DNA of 64,000 nucleotides from Candidatus Magasanikiibacteriota bacterium (GCA_018651085.1 JABIEQ010000014.1:97807-161806); one strand, 5' to 3'; counted from the stretch's first letter, positions 10,037 to 18,494 are shown. The notes: generated from the letters alone by a model not told the origin. Program-made: numbers and translations.

Positions 10037-10621
10037 CTATTTAACTACCATAGAATATGCTCGAAGATCTCTCACGCGTCTTTTATAGTCGGGCATTTGA
10101 TCTTTTACAAGAGCCCAAAACCGAGGTCCATGATTCATTTCTTTAAGATGACATAATTCATGAACCACAATATAATCTGCTAAATGAACTGGCAAAAAAA
10201 GAATTTTATAACAAAAACTCAAATTCCCATCTTGTGAACAACTCCCCCATTGTGTTGATGTATTTCTCGCTTTTATTTGAGAAAAAGAGAAACCATAAAA
10301 CTGATTATAATAATGCACCCGTTCTCGTAAAAATTTCTCTGCTCGTCCCTTACATGCAGTATAACCGGTTTGCTTTAACCCTTGTGGTGGAGATAATGTT
10401 TTCTTAGAGCGATACCGTTTACGCTGCTTAATAATCCAAGCATACTTTTGTTGCAAAAATAGCTCAATACCGATATGAGGGAGCATTTTAGGGGCGACAA
10501 CCATAACAGTAGCATCATCACGCACAACAATCTTTAGCTGACTATACGCCTTTCTTTTAAGGGTATAGGAAATTTTCCCGTATGTATGTTTACTTACCAT
10601 ATAACTCATATCATACACCAA
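10037..10621 (-). CDS. DUF45/YgjP-like zinc metallopeptidase (HExxH; SprT/WLM-like fold)
   Basis: A 194-aa ORF with the motif VVHELCHLKEMNH near the C-terminus, typical of the M48/DUF45 family. Confidence 0.8.
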   Translation of the reverse strand: MVYDMSYMVSKHTYGKISYTLKRKAYSQLKIVVRDDATVMVVAPKMLPHIGIELFLQQKYAWIIKQRKRYRSKKTLSPPQGLKQTGYTACKGRAEKFLRERVHYYNQFYGFSFSQIKARNTSTQWGSCSQDGNLSFCYKILFLPVHLADYIVVHELCHLKEMNHGPRFWALVKDQMPDYKRRVRDLRAYSMVVK

Positions 10622-10678
10622 TAGAAATAAACAAAAAAGTAGCCTATATATAGACTACTTTTAAAGAGAAAGATTCAA

Positions 10679-11371
10679 TTAATACTCAGACACATGTTTT
10701 GACGTAATAAATTCAACACGTTTCACACCCATAATAGCTTTAAGCCCTTCTGAAAGCTTCTCTAAATCAGCATCTTCTTTAAAATTTACAGAAAATGCAT
10801 AATGCCCACCATGCCCTGCCCGATATTTTGCATGCAAGCTATCATATTGAGCAGTGTGCGAATCAATAATTTTTGTTAGAAGATCTCTTGAGACATCTTC
10901 TGCTGTTTCAATAGTAAGAACGTATCCAGTAATAGTAGAGGTGTTCCCTACCCCAAAACCATACCGAGACATAATTAAAATAAATAAAGAAAGCATGAAT
11001 GTTGCAATAAATGCAATCACATAATTACTTGTTCCAACTGCTACTCCAGTTGAAAGAGCAAAAAATACAAAAGCAACATCACGTGTTTCTTTTACAATCG
11101 TACGAAAACGAATAAGAGAAAATGCTCCTAAAAGAGCAAAGGCTCCAATAAGATTATTTTGAACCACCATCATAATAATTGACCCCAAAACTCCAATCAT
11201 CACAAGTGTAAACAAAAATGATTGAGAATAAGAAAGTCCTCTATGGGTTCTTTTGTACACCCAGACAATAAGAAGTTGTAACGCAAAAGAAAGTACAATA
11301 TTAAACAAAATAATAGCTGCACTAAACTCTGTACCAGTAAGATTATAGAAATTAAACAGTTGACTATCCAT
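10679..11371 (-). CDS. DUF4956-domain membrane protein
   Basis: A 230-aa ORF with N-terminal TM helices and a soluble C-terminal domain. It follows the VTC gene, which is the usual pairing. Confidence 0.6.
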   Translation of the reverse strand: MDSQLFNFYNLTGTEFSAAIILFNIVLSFALQLLIVWVYKRTHRGLSYSQSFLFTLVMIGVLGSIIMMVVQNNLIGAFALLGAFSLIRFRTIVKETRDVAFVFFALSTGVAVGTSNYVIAFIATFMLSLFILIMSRYGFGVGNTSTITGYVLTIETAEDVSRDLLTKIIDSHTAQYDSLHAKYRAGHGGHYAFSVNFKEDADLEKLSEGLKAIMGVKRVEFITSKHVSEY

Positions 11372-11392
11372 ACATGTACTCTAAAAAATTAA

Positions 11393-12109
11393 TTAACGGG
11401 ATAACGGGGTATATTGATATACCTTATCGACAGAATTGGCATACTTAGAAAAGGACAAACGCTGAAGATCAAATTTTCTCACCATAACTCCAAACCACCA
11501 CGGTAAAGAATGAGAAAATTTAACCTCCATAACAACTTCTCCATCAAGCACGTCTAAAAAAGGATTATTCCCTTCATGCAAGCTACCTGTTGATTCAATT
11601 TGCTGCACTTCAATATCTCTATCAAACGTTAAACGCACTCCCCCATGAAACGATTCCACAAACGCCTCACGCATGTATCTCACAAGTAAAAAAGGAATAC
11701 GCCCTTCGTCAAAAAGATTATGGGAAAAAGAATCAAAACTTTTAACACAACCATCATTAAGAAAGGCTTTCCACTCTTCAATAGAAATTGAAACACGCTT
11801 TTTATCAACAAACATGTCATGCTTATTTTTAATCTCTAGATACACATGAGAAATATCCGCATCAAAATCCTGAGCATACACACGGGCACGTAACTTTTTT
11901 CGTACCAAGTATCCGCCAGCCTTATCATAATAATCATCAAGTCCAATTGACTCAAAATATAAACTCGTTACAGGGTATGGTGTATCATTAAAGGCATCGT
12001 GTTGCAAGCCTAAAGAAGTCACAAAATCATAGACTTGCATATAAGTAAGCGCATCGAGTCTATACTTAAACTCATACCGATCATATCGTTGCGTAGTATT
12101 CTTTTTCAT
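11393..12109 (-). CDS. VTC-domain (polyphosphate-polymerase-like / CYTH-like) protein
   Basis: A 238-aa ORF starting YDRYEFKYRL, with the family's conserved basic/acidic tunnel residues. Confidence 0.7.
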   Translation of the reverse strand: MKKNTTQRYDRYEFKYRLDALTYMQVYDFVTSLGLQHDAFNDTPYPVTSLYFESIGLDDYYDKAGGYLVRKKLRARVYAQDFDADISHVYLEIKNKHDMFVDKKRVSISIEEWKAFLNDGCVKSFDSFSHNLFDEGRIPFLLVRYMREAFVESFHGGVRLTFDRDIEVQQIESTGSLHEGNNPFLDVLDGEVVMEVKFSHSLPWWFGVMVRKFDLQRLSFSKYANSVDKVYQYTPLSR

Positions 12110-12112
12110 AAC

Positions 12113-14389
12113 CTATTGCAAAATACAAGACCTATTAGATATACACGTCACTTCTGAATAATCATCATGTTCAGTATATACATCATTACCATCAAAAGAA
12201 TTATCACCAAGACGTGCTACTCCCCCACCAAATTCAGGTTTCTTTCTGTACGTTGAAACCCCCGTATGGTTTGACGAAATAACATTATTTGTAATGATAG
12301 CAGTAGATAGATCTTTAACAGCAATAGCAATATCACAATCTACAATGGTATTTCCATCAATAGAGGGAGTAGAATGCTCACCAACACTTATGCCTTTATC
12401 AACACAACCATCTATTGTATTTTCTTCAATACGGACAGTACTAAAAGAAAGATCAATAGCATCTCCCCCACCATTAACAAATTTATTTCCTTTTATAATA
12501 AAGTCACCTTCTGCATAATCAAGATCAAACCCATCAGATGAGTTATTTTCAAAGAAAGAATTAATAACCTCGCCAGATGACATTTTTATATTTAACGCAT
12601 CATCATCCTTAGCTCGTAAAAATTGAACAGTATCAATAGAGACATCACTATTATGAAAGGCAAGCATACCTGTTACGATAACACCATTAACACGGTCTCC
12701 TGATCCCCCGTCAAAGGTAGCATGTGTCACAATGCTTCGTTTAGAAGCATTAATAGACACAAGACTTCCCCAAGGTTTATCTTCACGAAGACGCAATACT
12801 TTAATTGGTTGAAATAAAGTTCCCTCCATATCAAATCCACCATAACTTACAAGAGACACCCCATCGTCAAGACGAAGTGTTGTTCCTGGAAATACCTTTA
12901 GCGTAAAACCAAGCGGTAACACCACCGTTTGAGAGATAACATGATTACCCGAAATACCAAGAGTATTCTTATCAACAAAGAAGAACCTAGGATGCTGTAC
13001 CAAGAACTGATCAACTGAGGAAGATACATCCTCTAAATATGAAAAGCTTCCCGCAGGTTCAAAGACAGTTCCTTCTTCAACATTATAGGTATAATATTCT
13101 TTATCATACGATAAGACATCTCTTGCTGCCGTAAAATTATCTTCAACATACGTACGATGTTTTTTCACAAAAGACAGAAATTGAAAATTATTATAGAGTT
13201 TATTATGATCCTTTAAAAAATCAATCTTCACATGATCATAAAGATTATCATAAAAGGCTAAATCATCTTCAAGATTTTTTTCATCATCAAGGTATGCAAG
13301 AAGACGCATATTTCGTTCTTCTTTAAACGTGTCAAAAGACATTAACCTTCTTGTAAGTGTTGATACATTGTCTTTATACGGAGAGGCTGGAGGAAATAGA
13401 TACATGTCCCATGGAATCATTTCAAATCGCCCAGTCACCCCATTAAAATAGATAACAGCATTACCATGCTCATTTGTATGATTACTCTGAGACAAAATCT
13501 TTAAAATATTCCAATTATAAACACTCTCAAGATTAAATAAAACCGGAGCGAGCTTTTGAAATGTCTCATCATCAGCATAATGAATAAAACGAAAGAATGT
13601 AGAAATTTCTTCATCTGGTTCAGAAAAAACATCAACGTCAGCTAAAACATTCTTATATTGTTTTTCATCATTAATATATTCTACAAATTCATCTCTTCCA
13701 AGATATAAGGCTGATTCCGGTAATCCTTTTTTTGCCAAAAATTCTTTTGACCAATGTTCAAACGTTAAAAACACTCCCCCATCATTTCCATTAAAATCAA
13801 GACGAGAAAAAAACATATCAATAGATATGAGACCTAACTTTTTTGCCCGATACATCGCAAGCGGCTCAGAAAAATACGCCCGATCATACGGAATCACAAA
13901 ATTCACGACTCTTCGCCCTTCCCAAAAATCGCCATCAGGAAACTTCACACGAAAAGATTTTTTTAAACTATTCCAATGGTTTGCATTAAGTCCACGATAC
14001 CGCACTTTTATTTTTTCTACATACCCGTCAAAAAATGAACCAAAATATCCACTAACATACACACGACTATCTTGTTCTAACTTACCACGAAGTGCATTAT
14101 CTTTAGGAAGATTATCATTCAACCTCGCAATATTATTCGGCGTAATAACAAGCTTATACTCTGGGAGAGTATTTGGTATAAAAAAAGTATGTACAAATAA
14201 TACATCAGGAATTTTACGAAGTGAATGATACGAATGTAAAAAATGCTGAACGTATTTATTTTGATCAAGTAACAATCCCCGCCTATTTACATCCTGAGAA
14301 AGGTACACACCATAACCAGCACCCAACAAAACAAAGGATACACCTAAAAATAATAATATGTATTTATACGAAAGAAATTGTCTTAACAT
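12113..14389 (-). CDS. CotH-family (atypical kinase-like) protein with an N-terminal TM anchor and C-terminal parallel beta-helix repeats
   Basis: A 758-aa ORF with an N-terminal hydrophobic segment, a central CotH-like region and a C-terminal repeat block (NNVISSNHTG, GNKFVNGGGDAID) typical of a right-handed beta-helix. Confidence 0.6.
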   Translation of the reverse strand: MLRQFLSYKYILLFLGVSFVLLGAGYGVYLSQDVNRRGLLLDQNKYVQHFLHSYHSLRKIPDVLFVHTFFIPNTLPEYKLVITPNNIARLNDNLPKDNALRGKLEQDSRVYVSGYFGSFFDGYVEKIKVRYRGLNANHWNSLKKSFRVKFPDGDFWEGRRVVNFVIPYDRAYFSEPLAMYRAKKLGLISIDMFFSRLDFNGNDGGVFLTFEHWSKEFLAKKGLPESALYLGRDEFVEYINDEKQYKNVLADVDVFSEPDEEISTFFRFIHYADDETFQKLAPVLFNLESVYNWNILKILSQSNHTNEHGNAVIYFNGVTGRFEMIPWDMYLFPPASPYKDNVSTLTRRLMSFDTFKEERNMRLLAYLDDEKNLEDDLAFYDNLYDHVKIDFLKDHNKLYNNFQFLSFVKKHRTYVEDNFTAARDVLSYDKEYYTYNVEEGTVFEPAGSFSYLEDVSSSVDQFLVQHPRFFFVDKNTLGISGNHVISQTVVLPLGFTLKVFPGTTLRLDDGVSLVSYGGFDMEGTLFQPIKVLRLREDKPWGSLVSINASKRSIVTHATFDGGSGDRVNGVIVTGMLAFHNSDVSIDTVQFLRAKDDDALNIKMSSGEVINSFFENNSSDGFDLDYAEGDFIIKGNKFVNGGGDAIDLSFSTVRIEENTIDGCVDKGISVGEHSTPSIDGNTIVDCDIAIAVKDLSTAIITNNVISSNHTGVSTYRKKPEFGGGVARLGDNSFDGNDVYTEHDDYSEVTCISNRSCILQ

Positions 14390-14467
14390 AGCGAATTATT
14401 GAGATACAAAAAAACAATGCTTATACTAGACAAACAATAACCTAAGCCCCCATAAAAATCAAGGACT

Positions 14468-14491
14468 ATACTAGAAAGCCCTAGTATAGCT
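14468..14491. terminator. Perfect 9-bp hairpin (CTATACTAG/CTAGTATAG) followed by a short T-run on the minus strand
   Basis: Inverted repeat 23 nt downstream of the nuclease stop and upstream of the CotH start. Confidence 0.5.
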
Positions 14492-14513
14492 AAAAATAGA
14501 AAAAAACATGATG

Positions 14514-15386
14514 TTATAAAATAACACTATCAACAGTATTTTCTTCTCGTACAATTTCAGGAAGAATATACATATCGGCCTTATATTCATCTAATCCTAC
14601 AAACTCTCCTTCCCCTTTTAATACTCGTTCATAAGGAGTACAGGCATAACATCCTTCATCTCCATTCGGACAATCAAACTTTTTCAATTGACGAAACAAC
14701 TTTATCTTTCTTGCAATTTCTAAAATTTGAGCTCTTCCTTCTTCTAAATCAGGAAGTGTTTTTTCTGTTAATTCATCTGAATGTGCTAAATACCAATAAC
14801 TTGCTTTTGTTACCTTCCTCTTTTGGCATTCATGCACTAGCAAATGATAAATTGGCAATTGTAATGATTTGTCGTCTTCCTGATTTTTCCCCGTCTTAAA
14901 ATCAATAATATGCACACTGTCAGTGTCTTCTAGATATTCAAGCCAATCTACTTTTCCACATAAAATAATTTGTTCTTCTTCAGAAAGCCAGAAATGTGGT
15001 AAGTCCTGCGTAATCTTTACAGATAAATTAGAAATAGGCCCTGGGTGATTATATACTTTTGTCATCATTTCTTCCCCACGACGCTTATACGTTAATTCAA
15101 CATCTTCATCCACGAACCCACCAAGTTTTCCAGTCACCTTTTTCCAAGCATCAGAAAAACGATTCATGAGAGGAACAGTGAACCGTTCATTCGTTTTTAA
15201 TACAGATAATGATTCTAATGCTTCATGCACTGCTTGCCCTAAAGCAAGTGGCGCACTCATAATCTTTATCTTATGACCTGTCTTTGGATCTTTATACATG
15301 TGTTTCAAATAATAAGACCGTGGACAAGCACGAAAACTTGTAATAGATGTGTGAGAAACCCAGACAGCAGTATATTTATCTGACAT
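14514..15386 (-). CDS. PD-(D/E)XK nuclease with a probable 4Fe-4S cluster (Cas4/AddB-like, stand-alone)
   Basis: A 290-aa ORF with one N-terminal Cys (FRACPRSYY), the IIDFKTGK nuclease motif, and a C-terminal C-x5-C-x2-C triad (CPNGDEGCYAC). The start lies 6 nt after the zupT stop. Confidence 0.7.
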   Translation of the reverse strand: MSDKYTAVWVSHTSITSFRACPRSYYLKHMYKDPKTGHKIKIMSAPLALGQAVHEALESLSVLKTNERFTVPLMNRFSDAWKKVTGKLGGFVDEDVELTYKRRGEEMMTKVYNHPGPISNLSVKITQDLPHFWLSEEEQIILCGKVDWLEYLEDTDSVHIIDFKTGKNQEDDKSLQLPIYHLLVHECQKRKVTKASYWYLAHSDELTEKTLPDLEEGRAQILEIARKIKLFRQLKKFDCPNGDEGCYACTPYERVLKGEGEFVGLDEYKADMYILPEIVREENTVDSVIL

Positions 15387-15392
15387 AACTAA

Positions 15393-16151
15393 TTATTCAA
15401 GAAATAATAATGAAGCCATGACTAAAATCCCAGCAACGAATGCAATAAGTTGCAAAATAGACTTTCCAACACGAGTCTCTCTGTGTAATTCAGGAATAAG
15501 GTCGCTTCCCGCAATATACAAAAATGTTCCAATAGCAAATGGGACTAAAAATGATTCAAGTGAACTAACACGACTTCCCAGAAACAACGCAATGAGTGTT
15601 CCAGCTAGTGCCACAAGGCCACTTAAAAAATTAAATAGTAATGCCTTCTTTTTCGTAAATCCACCATGCAAAAGTATTCCGTAATCTCCAATCTCTTGTG
15701 GAAGCTCATGAAGAAATACAGCAAGCGTTGTTGCAACCCCCACAGGAATACTCACAAGGTACGCAATACCAATAATTAATCCATCAATAAAGTTATGGAT
15801 TCCATCTCCAACAAGATTAATCTTTGCAAAAGCATGTGCGTGTCCATCTTCTCCTGGCGCATGATGACAATGTCGCCATTGGATAACCTTTTCAACAATA
15901 AATAAGAAAATAATACCAAGAAGAATATATACTGATGTCTGCATGCTAAAACCCATTTCTTCAACATGCTCAGGAAATAAATGGAAAAATACATCACCAA
16001 ATAAAGCTCCTGCAGAAAAACTTACTAAATAAATAAGCATCGTTTTAAGACTTTTTGTTTTAAGAGAAAACGTCAAAAGCCCAATAAGAGAAACAAGACT
16101 TACTAAAACGACACTTGAAATTGCATATATATAAAGCATAAAATATATCAT
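15393..16151 (-). CDS. zupT: ZIP-family zinc/metal transporter (ZupT-like)
   Basis: Multi-TM ORF with a His-rich loop HCHHAPGEDGHAHAF and the ZIP signature HELPQEIGD. I place the start at the internal ATG at 16151, overlapping the fur-family stop as TAATG. Confidence 0.8.
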   Translation of the reverse strand: MIYFMLYIYAISSVVLVSLVSLIGLLTFSLKTKSLKTMLIYLVSFSAGALFGDVFFHLFPEHVEEMGFSMQTSVYILLGIIFLFIVEKVIQWRHCHHAPGEDGHAHAFAKINLVGDGIHNFIDGLIIGIAYLVSIPVGVATTLAVFLHELPQEIGDYGILLHGGFTKKKALLFNFLSGLVALAGTLIALFLGSRVSSLESFLVPFAIGTFLYIAGSDLIPELHRETRVGKSILQLIAFVAGILVMASLLFLE

Positions 16152-16546
16152 TATATACTTGAACACTTTGAGCACACTCCTGTTAAGTGTACTGTGTGAT
16201 GAATATTACGAAAACCTGGAATAGTTTTTTCTTCTATGTCACATGGCACACATTTACTTCCACTACACTCAATGCATGTTATATGATGATGGTGAGCCGT
16301 TGGATGGTGTAATTCATAATATTGACTACCATCTCGTTGTGTAACTGTGTGTACAGCATCAACTTGTTCTAATACATCAAGAGTTCTATACACCGCAACC
16401 CGATCAACATCTAAAAGAGCATCAATAAGGTCTTGTGCTGAAAATATCCCTTTTGTTTGAAGAATATACGAAATAATGGTCTTTCTCGAACGAGTAAGAC
16501 GATATCCAACCTTTGTAAGACGCTTCTTAATCCACGATTCAACCAT
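16151..16546 (-). CDS. Fur-family metalloregulator (likely Zur)
   Basis: A C-terminal HHHHITCIECSGSKCVPC and CSKC metal-binding region with an N-terminal DNA-binding helix. The position upstream of the ZIP gene suggests Zur. The start is taken at MVESWIKK. Confidence 0.75.
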   Translation of the reverse strand: MVESWIKKRLTKVGYRLTRSRKTIISYILQTKGIFSAQDLIDALLDVDRVAVYRTLDVLEQVDAVHTVTQRDGSQYYELHHPTAHHHHITCIECSGSKCVPCDIEEKTIPGFRNIHHTVHLTGVCSKCSSI

Positions 16547-16603
16547 AATATGTCCGTTAATGAAACTCAATTTCAATTATAAACACACAAATCAACGCTG
16601 TCA

Positions 16604-16650
16604 AGTAACATAAAAATACATATACCCATAAAAAAACACCTTTACTCTAT
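16604..16650. repeat. Copy 1 of an imperfect direct repeat of about 46 nt (ACATA..ATACCCATAAAAAAACACC..TACTC)
   Basis: About 85% identical to 17209-17258. It lies downstream of the LRR gene and upstream of the Zur start. Confidence 0.55.
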
Positions 16651-17028
16651 GGTTAAATTAGGATATTCATTTTGTAACAATTTTTTTTCCTCATTAGGTA
16701 GACTATCCAAGCAAAGTACTTCCTCTACTTCTCCAAATATGACATCTTTTAGACTAGTGAGACTACTAAGGTAAAGAGTTCCTCCCACATCTGGTAAAGT
16801 TATATCTTTTAAACTCGTTAAACTACGAAGAGCAAGATGCCCTTCTACATTTCCAAAAGTTACACCTTCTAAACTAGTCACACTACGAAGATCAAGATTT
16901 CCTCTTACATCTCCAAAAGTTACACCTTCTAAACTAGTCACACTCATAAAGAGAAGATCTCCTCCTACATTTGATAGCGTTACATCCTCTAAGTTCGTCA
17001 CAGCACGAAGGTCAAGATGCCCTTTCAC
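16642..17028 (-). CDS. Leucine-rich-repeat protein, five 22-aa repeats, GTG start, no signal peptide
   Basis: Tandem units (L/A)LRSVTSLEGVTFG(D/N)V(R/E)G(N/H) are visible at both the protein and DNA level. The GTG start overlaps the stop of the upstream ORF as ATGTGA. Confidence 0.55.
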   Translation of the reverse strand: MKGHLDLRAVTNLEDVTLSNVGGDLLFMSVTSLEGVTFGDVRGNLDLRSVTSLEGVTFGNVEGHLALRSLTSLKDITLPDVGGTLYLSSLTSLKDVIFGEVEEVLCLDSLPNEEKKLLQNEYPNLTIE

Positions 17029-17208
17029 ATCTGTAACCAGTCCTCGATTTTTTTTCTTGGTTGCTCTTCCTTCTCTTCCTTTCGTTCTTCACGTTGCCAT
17101 TGCAGATGTTCCACAATTGGCTCTTTATGAAGTGATGGATCTTGCCTATGAAGAAAATGCTCTGGGTTTCTTGGTCGCATAAAACAAATATTATCTAGTA
17201 GACCCTCT

Positions 17209-17258
17209 TCAAAAAAAATTATAACATAACAAAATAGATATGCCCATAAAAAAATACC
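17209..17258. repeat. Copy 2 of the roughly 46-nt direct repeat
   Basis: See copy 1. This copy overlaps the minus-strand terminator hairpin. Confidence 0.55.
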
Positions 17259-17280
17259 CCTACTCATAGAGTAAGGGTAT
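17247..17280 (-). terminator. Rho-independent terminator, minus strand
   Basis: ATACCCTTACTC-tat-GAGTAGGGGTAT hairpin followed by TTTTTTT on the minus strand. It lies inside the 115-aa ORF 17025-17372 from the ORF track. Confidence 0.65.
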
Positions 17281-17484
17281 TTAATATATTCCTTTTCGTC
17301 CTGCAACAATCTTTCAAATATGGACTCATCAGTACCAAACACATTGGTATAAGGCGAGAGTGGGTAGAACACTCTCTGGGGGGGGGATCTCCTTGCTAGG
17401 AGAAAAAAAGAACACTAGGCTCTTCCATGTCTACCGTCCTTTTACAGGACCATGAAAGAGCGCCTCACGCGCCGGCATTGCCGG

Positions 17485-17703
17485 TCAGATGTTGGGGGCC
17501 TCGCCGCCGACATCACTCAAAGAAAAAATAATGATCATCGCCGTTGCACGCTCCAAATGTCGTTTCACTAATACTCCTTGGTCCATTATTATAACCCACA
17601 GACCGGAGGGAAAGCGCGGAGGCCTAGACCGCTTCGAAAGGCATTTCAGATAGTAATCATTCCTATATAAAATGCTTTTCGAAGGGTTTCTAATACCATC
17701 CAT
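17485..17703 (-). CDS. GC-rich small-protein family, member D (72 aa from the first ATG; N-terminally short relative to A and B)
   Basis: MDGIRNPSKSILYRNDYYLKCLS...GLWVIIMDQGVLVKRHLER aligns with the D-G ... [YW][MV]V[WL] ... ER core of the ORFs at 24306, 26018 and 44600. GC is about 50% against about 35% background. A consensus promoter abuts the ATG, so the mRNA is leaderless. Confidence 0.55.
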   Translation of the reverse strand: MDGIRNPSKSILYRNDYYLKCLSKRSRPPRFPSGLWVIIMDQGVLVKRHLERATAMIIIFSLSDVGGEAPNI

Positions 17704-17712
17704 AGACAAAAA

Positions 17713-17741
17713 AATATATCATATAATGAAAGAATTGTCAA
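17713..17741 (-). promoter_or_regulatory. Sigma70-type promoter TTGACA-17nt-TATATT driving member D
   Basis: Read on the minus strand: TTGACAattctttcattatatgaTATATT, then 9 nt, then ATG. Confidence 0.6.
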
Positions 17742-17801
17742 GAAGCATAGGTAGATTTTGACTGTATATAGCAAAAATATACTTAACACATCTCATTATA
17801 C

Positions 17802-18494
17802 TTGAAGAGCTTCCTACTCTCATGCATACTACTTATACCTTTATATACTATTATGAAAAGAAAAAAACGTATTCGATTTGAAAACCTTAAAACATTTAAA
17901 AACACCACCGAATTACCAATAAAGATACAAGGCACTTGGCATACTATATTTACAAATAACCACCCTATTACTTTAGAACTTGGATGTGGAAAGGGAGAAT
18001 ATACTATTGCACTAGCAAAAAAATATAAAGAAAAAAACTTTATTGGCGTTGACATTCAAGGAGAACGTATCTGGTCTGGAGCAACCGAAGCAAAAAAAGA
18101 TAAACTCACAAATGTTCATTTTCTTCGAGTATATATTGATCACATTGATACGTACTTTATTAAAAATGAGATAGAAGAAATATGGATAACATTCCCAGAC
18201 CCACACCCAAAAGAAAGAAAAAGCAAAAAAAGATTAACTTCTCCCCTATTTTTAGAAAGATATAAACACATTCTAAAAGAAAACGGATCTGTCCATTTAA
18301 AAACAGACAACCACGACTTATTTATATATACACTAGACGTAATCAAAAAAACAAAAGGTACCATTAAAAATATACAAAATCCTATTGATGAACAAAACTT
18401 ACAAGAGGATTCCCTATTACATATTGAAACAACCTACGAAAAAATATACAAAAAACAAGGAAAACCCATCTATTATGTAGAGTGGTCTCTATAA
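17802..18494 (+). CDS. trmB: tRNA (guanine46-N7)-methyltransferase TrmB
   Basis: SAM-binding motif LELGCGKGEYTIALA and TrmB-like length. The true start may be the internal Met at 17853. Confidence 0.85.
   Translation: MKSFLLSCILLIPLYTIMKRKKRIRFENLKTFKNTTELPIKIQGTWHTIFTNNHPITLELGCGKGEYTIALAKKYKEKNFIGVDIQGERIWSGATEAKKDKLTNVHFLRVYIDHIDTYFIKNEIEEIWITFPDPHPKERKSKKRLTSPLFLERYKHILKENGSVHLKTDNHDLFIYTLDVIKKTKGTIKNIQNPIDEQNLQEDSLLHIETTYEKIYKKQGKPIYYVEWSL

Noticed and set aside
9879-10088. Plus-strand 69-aa ORF bridging the small HTH-like ORF and the DUF45 peptidase gene
   Set aside because: It is antisense to two co-oriented genes and has no RBS or motif. The minus-strand 56-aa ORF is at least flanked sensibly.
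14514-15386. Cas4 as part of a CRISPR-Cas locus
   Set aside because: No cas1, cas2, effector genes or repeat-spacer array occur anywhere in the 64 kb, so it is treated as a stand-alone PD-(D/E)XK Fe-S nuclease.
16642-17028. CRISPR array suggested by regularly spaced DNA repeats
   Set aside because: The repeats are 66-nt in-frame coding units of an LRR protein. There are no unique spacers of uniform length and no cas genes nearby.
17025-17372. 115-aa minus-strand ORF upstream of the LRR gene
   Set aside because: A strong hairpin plus T7 terminator (17247-17280) and a repeat copy lie inside it. At most the C-terminal roughly 50 codons could be translated. It may be a frameshifted remnant of the LRR gene's original N-terminus.
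17373-17660. SRP RNA, RNase P, tmRNA or 6S assignment for the GC-rich block
   Set aside because: I found only a weak resemblance to SRP helix 8 (CAGACCGGAGGGAAAGC), and no RNase P P4, tmRNA tag or T-arm consensus. The minus-strand ORF here aligns with the GC-rich protein family and has its own consensus promoter, so a protein-coding cassette explains most of the block.
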